A stretch of DNA of 64,000 nucleotides from NCBI GenBank assembly GCA_963976215.1, contig CAXBJV010000014.1, forward strand, positions 6,158 through 70,157. Direction: 5' to 3'. Position 1 is the first letter of the stretch. The number at the start of each line of letters is the position of its first letter. This document shows positions 58,861 to 64,000 of the stretch, piece by piece. The DNA is from an uncultured Woeseiaceae bacterium (GTDB taxonomy: Bacteria > Pseudomonadota > Gammaproteobacteria > Steroidobacterales > Woeseiaceae). A program made the translations under genes and the position numbers. A model generated the notes under the pieces. The model was given only the letters and a program-made list of their open reading frames with translations, was not told where the DNA came from and made no database searches.

Positions 58861-59030
58861 TGATTGTTCACCTTGCGAGCCGCGTCTGCGGCTGGATTGG
58901 CGGGGACACCCTGCCAAAAAGCTCGCGAAGTGTACTGAAAACGGCGCTGCCATGCAATCCTGATTCCCCCCAATGGTTTCTGGCAAACCGTTATATTACA
59001 GGGGCTTACATACAGTACTTTGGTCGAAAA

Positions 59031-59882
59031 TTATCCACTGCCGCGTATCGGTATGCGATTGGCGTCGATCCGGTAGTTTGCCGGGTCCATTTTCGGGCCC
59101 GCGCCCCAGCAATGACCGTACACCAGCTCGAGGTCGAGCGTGATTCTGCCGTCATTGGCCAGTGCGTCCAGCGCCGTGATCATCGCCTGGAATCGTGTCT
59201 TTCCCGTCAAAGCTGAAAAGCGCTCCGCGACAGCATTGCGGGCGCCAACCGCGGACAGGTCTTTCATCAGGGACTCGCTGTTGCCGTAGCTGACCGCCAG
59301 CCGGTCGACATCAAGTACCGGGTCCCGCAGCCCAGCGTTAACCAGCCCGTCGCCGAGGTTATGCATGTCGGGGAAAAGGCTGACATGCGCGCCGTCATCG
59401 ACTTCGCGCCAGGCACGCCGAATTTCCAGCAGGCTGTCCGGGCCTAGCGATGCGAACGCAAAAACGCCACCTTTTCGCAATACTCTTGCGACTTCGCCGA
59501 ACAGCGCATCCAGATCCGCGATCCAGGGCAACATCTGGTTCGAGAAAATAACGTCAACAGATTCGTCGGCAAATGGGAGCGCACAGGCATCGGCTTGCAC
59601 ATAGCTTGTTTTTGCCAGCCAGGCCTTGCGTCTGCGAGCTTGTCTCAGCATGTCTCGAGCGATATCGACGGCTATCAGGCGGGCTTTCGGAAATCGTTTG
59701 TGCAATTGCCGGTGGGATGCGCCGGTGGCAGAGCCAAGGTCAACGACCGTGTTCGCCTTGACCAGCAGCGGTTCGAGCCGCGCCAGCAGGCCCTCCCGGG
59801 TTGCGGCGTGAACGAAGTCGGCGTTGTCAAAGGTGTCAGCCGCTTTTTCAAACCGCATGCGAATGTGTTTCGTGTTCAACAT
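59031..59882 (-). CDS. bioC: Class I SAM-dependent methyltransferase, BioC-like (malonyl-ACP O-methyltransferase)
   Basis: Start at MLNTKHIRMRFEKAADTFDNADF, giving 283 aa. VVDLGSATG and LPFADESVDVIFSN are present. No other bio genes are adjacent. Confidence 0.65.
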   Translation of the reverse strand: MLNTKHIRMRFEKAADTFDNADFVHAATREGLLARLEPLLVKANTVVDLGSATGASHRQLHKRFPKARLIAVDIARDMLRQARRRKAWLAKTSYVQADACALPFADESVDVIFSNQMLPWIADLDALFGEVARVLRKGGVFAFASLGPDSLLEIRRAWREVDDGAHVSLFPDMHNLGDGLVNAGLRDPVLDVDRLAVSYGNSESLMKDLSAVGARNAVAERFSALTGKTRFQAMITALDALANDGRITLDLELVYGHCWGAGPKMDPANYRIDANRIPIRGSG

Positions 59883-59965
59883 CGGCGAAACGGTAGCACG
59901 CTTTCCGGCGCAAACGCCCGCTTTCACAGCGCGCAATGAGTCGCCGGATGCAGCACGCTTGATGC

Positions 59966-60592
59966 GTGTTTCTAATCGATCTTGTCGTGCCGCATCACTG
60001 CGCGTTTTGCGGCTGCCCCACACGGCCTGCGGATTCAAGTCTCTGCACGGGGTGCTACCGGGAGCTGCCGTGGAACGCGCCCCCGGTAGCAAGTGATCCC
60101 GGAATCTTCACTCTGCGCATAGCCATGCTGCGCTACGAGTTTCCGGTGGATGCCGCAGTCAAGGCGCTGAAGTTTCGGCGCAAACTGTACTATGCGCCCG
60201 CGTTTGTGCGGGTGCTGCTCGAAAGCCGTGAGTTATTGCCCGACGATCTCGATGCCGTTCTACCGGTGCCGCTACACTGGCGGCGCGAAGCACGCCGGGG
60301 CTTTAATCAGGCCCTGGAGTTGGCAAAGCCAGTCGCCAAAGCGCTGGATCTGCCGTTGCTAAAGACTGTGCGACGCCGCAAGGCCACCCTGTACCAGTCA
60401 GGGTTGCGCGCAGACGCACGACGGAGAAATCTGCAGGATGCATTCGACGTGCGCAAAAACCTGTGCTGTCGGCATGTACTGATTATTGACGATGTCACGA
60501 CAACCGGTGCAACCCTTTTACAACTTGCGAAAACCCTGCAGCGATCGGGTGTCGAGAAAGTCAGCGCTCTAACGCTTGCCGAGGCGCAATAG
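59966..60592 (+). CDS. comF: ComF family phosphoribosyltransferase-like protein
   Basis: 208 aa with a GTG start. N-terminal Cys pairs CAFCG...CTGC and the PRT motif VLIIDDVTTTGATL. Confidence 0.8.
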   Translation: MFLIDLVVPHHCAFCGCPTRPADSSLCTGCYRELPWNAPPVASDPGIFTLRIAMLRYEFPVDAAVKALKFRRKLYYAPAFVRVLLESRELLPDDLDAVLPVPLHWRREARRGFNQALELAKPVAKALDLPLLKTVRRRKATLYQSGLRADARRRNLQDAFDVRKNLCCRHVLIIDDVTTTGATLLQLAKTLQRSGVEKVSALTLAEAQ

Positions 60593-61018
60593 TCAGGCGA
60601 CGACCATTTTGACGTTCGGGATCCAGTTTCGCTTGCGCCGCGCCAGGCGGCTGCCGGTATCTTCGCCATCGAAGTCAGTAGCGCTGCTTGAAAACCTGTA
60701 CTGCGAAGGTTCGTCAAAAGAATTTACGTTGACGACCGCATAATGGGCGCCGTCAATTTCACTCACAGCAATTGGAATGACGCCACATCGGGCGCACACG
60801 AGGAAGTTCGCCGTGTTTGTCCCGAATTGATATTTTGACAGCAAGTCAGGGCAGCGCGCGTTGACGGTGAGCCTTGCATCGCGATGTGATGTCCAGCTGC
60901 CAACGTGTTTGACGCAAAACGAACAACTGCACTGACGCCGTGGAATTTCTTCGCTGTCGTCAGGCCAGTCAAGACGATAGCGCAGGTTTCCGCAATGACA
61001 GCCGCCGTGAATTTCCAT
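60593..61018 (-). CDS. GFA (glutathione-dependent formaldehyde-activating)/CENP-V family protein
   Basis: 141 aa with GGCHCGNLRY and further Cys ligand pairs. Confidence 0.8.
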   Translation of the reverse strand: MEIHGGCHCGNLRYRLDWPDDSEEIPRRQCSCSFCVKHVGSWTSHRDARLTVNARCPDLLSKYQFGTNTANFLVCARCGVIPIAVSEIDGAHYAVVNVNSFDEPSQYRFSSSATDFDGEDTGSRLARRKRNWIPNVKMVVA

Positions 61019-61020
61019 AC

Positions 61021-61560
61021 TTAGCGTGTTCGTTTCCGGCGCCGGCGATGCTTTGCCGCGTCCGGGTGCATCGATACCAGTACCTTGTGCAACAGGTCGC
61101 GCATAGCATCGCGTTTGACGAACAGTATTATCAGGAAGACAAACAGAAACGGTGTAAATACGACAAACAGCACGAAGAGTGTCAGCACTGACAACAGGAC
61201 CTTCTTCTGTAGTTGCGGCAGTTCACTGAAGAGCTGCCACAGATGCCCCCAGCTTGAGTCGCCGTCCTGGGTGACGAAGGTTCTTGCCTCGCTCGCCGCT
61301 GCCGATTGGCTCAGTGCGGGTGCCAGCCTGTGTTTCTTCTGGCTGACCGCGCTTGTATCGGCGGCGATCGCATACTCAACGTCGAGCTGCGCCAGGATTG
61401 CGCGTGCCTGTTGTGCTTCCGGGCTGACCGGGTAACGTCGCAATACACGTTTGGCGAATTTTTTCGCGCGAGCCCGATTGCGTTTCTCATCGGTGGAGCC
61501 GGGCCCGACATTGTGGAACGCAAACTGTGCTTCCCGGATCAATTCCTCGGCGCTTGCCAT
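61021..61560 (-). CDS. Hypothetical membrane protein
   Basis: Start at MASAEELIREAQ, giving 179 aa. It has a helical N-terminal domain, one long TM region (LLSVLTLFVLFVVFTPFLFVFLIILFV) and a basic tail. Confidence 0.5.
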   Translation of the reverse strand: MASAEELIREAQFAFHNVGPGSTDEKRNRARAKKFAKRVLRRYPVSPEAQQARAILAQLDVEYAIAADTSAVSQKKHRLAPALSQSAAASEARTFVTQDGDSSWGHLWQLFSELPQLQKKVLLSVLTLFVLFVVFTPFLFVFLIILFVKRDAMRDLLHKVLVSMHPDAAKHRRRRKRTR

Positions 61561-61564
61561 TTGC

Positions 61565-62470
61565 CTAGCCGGCGGGCGAGGTGAAGGTGTAATGCAGCAC
61601 GATGCCGATAAAGACCACCATTCCGATGTAATGATTGTGCAAAAAGGCCGCGAAACAGCCTGCCGGGTCACGATCACGGGCAAGCCACAGGTGATAGGCC
61701 ATGAGCACCGCCGCAATCGCGACCGACACGAAATACCAGGCACTTAAGGATGCTCGAACGCCGACCAGGACCAGCGCAAGCAACATCAAAAGCTGCAGCC
61801 CTGCGATCACGAAAATGTCGACATCACCGAACAGAATGGCGGTCGACTTGACGCCCAGTTTGAGGTCGTCTTCGCGATCGACCATCGCGTAGAAGGTGTC
61901 GTATATGACAGCCCAGATCATCGCCGTGCCGAACAGCAGCCAGGCCAGCTCCGGTGTTTCGCCGGTTTGCGCTGCAAATGCCATTGGCACCGCCCAGCCG
62001 AACGCAGCGCCCAAAATAAACTGTGGAATCGACAAGAACCGTTTTACAAACGGATAGGCAACCGTCAGCACAGCCGCGACGATGGCCAGCATTTGCGCCG
62101 CTGTATTGAGCATCGTCGCCAGCCCTATTGCGATCAGGCTCAGCGCGGTAAAGAGTATTAATGCCTCCATCGGCGCGACGGCGCCCGATGCAATGGGCCG
62201 GCTCCGGGTGCGCTCGACATACGGGTCAATCTTGCGGTCGACGAAGTCGTTCAGGACACAGCCGGCAGAACGCATAACCACAACACCAAGTACGAATACC
62301 AGGAACAAGCCTTCATCCGGCTTGCCGCTACCGGCAAGCCACAGCGCCCACAGCGTTGGCCACAACAGCAGCCAGATACCAATCGGCTTGTCGACGCGCA
62401 TCAATTTGCCGTAATTGCGCAGCTGGCTGACCAGCTCGGGTGCAAAACCTGAAGCGAGCAGTGATTTCAT
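61565..62470 (-). CDS. ubiA: 4-hydroxybenzoate polyprenyltransferase
   Basis: 301 aa with NDFVDRKIDPYVERT. Confidence 0.9.
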   Translation of the reverse strand: MKSLLASGFAPELVSQLRNYGKLMRVDKPIGIWLLLWPTLWALWLAGSGKPDEGLFLVFVLGVVVMRSAGCVLNDFVDRKIDPYVERTRSRPIASGAVAPMEALILFTALSLIAIGLATMLNTAAQMLAIVAAVLTVAYPFVKRFLSIPQFILGAAFGWAVPMAFAAQTGETPELAWLLFGTAMIWAVIYDTFYAMVDREDDLKLGVKSTAILFGDVDIFVIAGLQLLMLLALVLVGVRASLSAWYFVSVAIAAVLMAYHLWLARDRDPAGCFAAFLHNHYIGMVVFIGIVLHYTFTSPAG

Positions 62471-62481
62471 CGTCGCAGAGT

Positions 62482-64000
62482 CTACACTTTCCCGTAGCGG
62501 CCCGCGTCACCCAGCCAGCGACGGACAATCGCGGCACTTTGCGCTCCTGATTCCTGCATCAGGGCCTCGGCGGTGATCTGCACCTGCGGCATCAATTTCG
62601 CGTCGCGAATGAGGTTGGCGATACGGTATTCCGGCAGGCCGGTTTGCCGGGTGCCGAGTAATTCGCCGGGACCGCGCAGCTCAAGATCGCGTTGCGCGAC
62701 GACGAAGCCGTCATTGGTATCACGCAATACCGCCAGGCGCTGTTTTGCGATGCGGCCGAGCGGTGCCTTGTACAGCAGCACACAATGACTTTGCTCGGCA
62801 CCGCGCCCGACGCGGCCGCGCAGCTGGTGCAATTGCGACAAGCCCATGCGCTCGGCGTTCTCGATAATCATCAGGCTGGCGTTTGGCACATCGACACCCA
62901 CCTCAATAACCGTGGTGGCCACCAGCAACTGGATCAGGCCTTCTTTAAAGGCCTTCATGCCGCGCTCTTTTTCCGCCGCACGCATGCGGCCGTGGACGAG
63001 TCCGATACGCAGGTCCGGGAGCGCCTCGCTCAACATTGCATAGCTTTTTTCGGCGGCCTGGTAGTCAAGTACCTCAGATTCCTCTATCAGTGGGCAGACC
63101 CAGTACGCCTGCTGCCCACTTTCACAGGCACCGCGCACTCGCTCGACAACTTCAGCCCGTCGGGTTTCCGGAATTGCGATCGTGCCGACGGGTTGTCGAC
63201 CCGGCGGCAGCTCGTCGATAATCGACGTATCGAGATCCGCGTACGCTGCCATCGCCAGTGTGCGAGGTATCGGCGTCGCGGTCATGACCAGTTGATGGGG
63301 TTGCCCGTCCGCTGAAACGCCCTTTTCCCGCAAAGCCATTCTCTGGTGCACACCGAAACGGTGCTGCTCATCGATGACCACAAGTCCCAGGCGATGAAAC
63401 TCGACACCCTCCTGGAACAAGGCATGCGTACCGACGATCAGCTGTGCGTCGCCGCCTGCAATCGCCGCCAGCGATTCGCGCCGCGCCGCCGCACGTTGAC
63501 TGCCGCTCAGCCAGGCGGGCTCGATGCCCAGCGGCCGCAGCCAGTCGGAAAAGCTTCGATAATGTTGTTCAGCGAGGATTTCCGTCGGCGCCATAATCGC
63601 GGCCTGCACTCCGCTGGCGATTGCTTTCAGGCAGGCGATTGCGGCGACAACGGTCTTCCCGGAGCCCACGTCACCCTGGATCAGGCGCATCATCGGGTGT
63701 GGTCGTTCCAGGTCCGCAAGAATCTCGGCTACGACACGCTGCTGCGCCGCGGTCAGCGTGAATGGCAGGCTGCTCAAAAACTGTTTGACGGTGTCTCCAC
63801 CCTCTTTAATGGCAAGCGCCGACTCGGTGGCTGCCTGTAAGCGCACCTTGCGCAGGCTGAGGTAGTGCGCCAGCAATTCCTCGAAGGCAAGTCGCTGCTG
63901 ACACGGGTGCAATCCCTTCAACAAGGCATCGACGTCGGCATCCGGCGGCGGGCGGTGCAGGTAACGGATGGCGTCGGCGAGCGACGGCATACCGAGTTTC
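62482..64000 (-). CDS. recG: ATP-dependent DNA helicase RecG (C-terminal ~500 aa; the N-terminus lies beyond the window)
   Basis: SF2 motifs GDVGSGKT, VIDEQHRFGV and QLRGRVGRG. The frame is still open at 64000. Confidence 0.9.
   Translation of the reverse strand, partial: KLGMPSLADAIRYLHRPPPDADVDALLKGLHPCQQRLAFEELLAHYLSLRKVRLQAATESALAIKEGGDTVKQFLSSLPFTLTAAQQRVVAEILADLERPHPMMRLIQGDVGSGKTVVAAIACLKAIASGVQAAIMAPTEILAEQHYRSFSDWLRPLGIEPAWLSGSQRAAARRESLAAIAGGDAQLIVGTHALFQEGVEFHRLGLVVIDEQHRFGVHQRMALREKGVSADGQPHQLVMTATPIPRTLAMAAYADLDTSIIDELPPGRQPVGTIAIPETRRAEVVERVRGACESGQQAYWVCPLIEESEVLDYQAAEKSYAMLSEALPDLRIGLVHGRMRAAEKERGMKAFKEGLIQLLVATTVIEVGVDVPNASLMIIENAERMGLSQLHQLRGRVGRGAEQSHCVLLYKAPLGRIAKQRLAVLRDTNDGFVVAQRDLELRGPGELLGTRQTGLPEYRIANLIRDAKLMPQVQITAEALMQESGAQSAAIVRRWLGDAGRYGKV

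Noticed and set aside
1-64000. I searched for mobile-element hallmarks (transposase, integrase, terminal inverted repeats, att-like direct repeats) around the 13.4/28.7-kb and 9.0/35.2-kb junctions and around the low-GC stretch.
   Set aside because: I recognised none by eye. The proposed insertion and inversion rest on gene order only.

Overview
The window looks like a 64-kb chromosomal segment of an aerobic, probably marine, gammaproteobacterium. That placement is an inference from gene content and from a cox cluster laid out as I recall it in Pseudomonas. Sampled 60-nt lines are about 57-60% GC, with patches of about 37-50% GC between 44.9 and 49.6 kb. I support about 65 protein genes. I recognised no rRNA, tRNA, CRISPR array, IS element or integrase.

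Gene order, with (-) or (+) giving the strand:
- HerA-like ATPase fragment, AbgT transporter, secreted ACE-like M2 peptidase and POT peptide transporter (all -).
- tatABC and dtd (-).
- Orphan TRAP solute-binding gene (+).
- Stand-alone secretin N0-N1-like protein (-).
- paaZ-paaI-paaJ (+).
- NfeD/SPFH pair, then a GldA/F/G-type ABC system with DUF4340 (+).
- MarR (-), divergent from an AcrAB/OprM-type RND pump (+).
- DUF2975, small HTH regulator and dihaem cytochrome c (-).
- Small secreted Cys protein (+).
- paaABCDE-paaX (+).
- TRAP dctM/dctQ, trkH, trkA and uvrD (-).
- TPR/beta-barrel outer-membrane protein, an extremely acidic secreted protein, an anti-sigma candidate and an ECF sigma factor (-).
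- NnrU (-) and a SnoaL-like protein (+).
- Patchy low-GC accessory stretch (-): RDD protein, discoidin-OmpA protein, two hypotheticals, FkbM methyltransferase.
- IorAB-like molybdoenzyme (+).
- aa3 cytochrome oxidase cluster cyoE ... coxCAB (-).
- bioC-like (-), comF (+), GFA, a hypothetical, ubiA and partial recG (-).

The best candidate for an undescribed system is 40.36-43.74 kb. There an ECF sigma/anti-sigma pair is co-transcribed with a signal-peptide protein whose mature chain is about two-thirds Asp/Glu. A TPR plus beta-barrel outer-membrane protein, with an exporter-like architecture, lies next to it.

Other notable points:
- An orphan plus-strand terminator behind a structured GC-rich intergenic segment, which may mark a small RNA.
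- A TRAP transporter whose binding protein and permeases lie 24 kb apart on opposite strands.
- A paa cluster split by 15 kb of unrelated genes.
- A nested palindromic element inside the cox cluster.

All family names come from motif recognition by eye. No database search was run.
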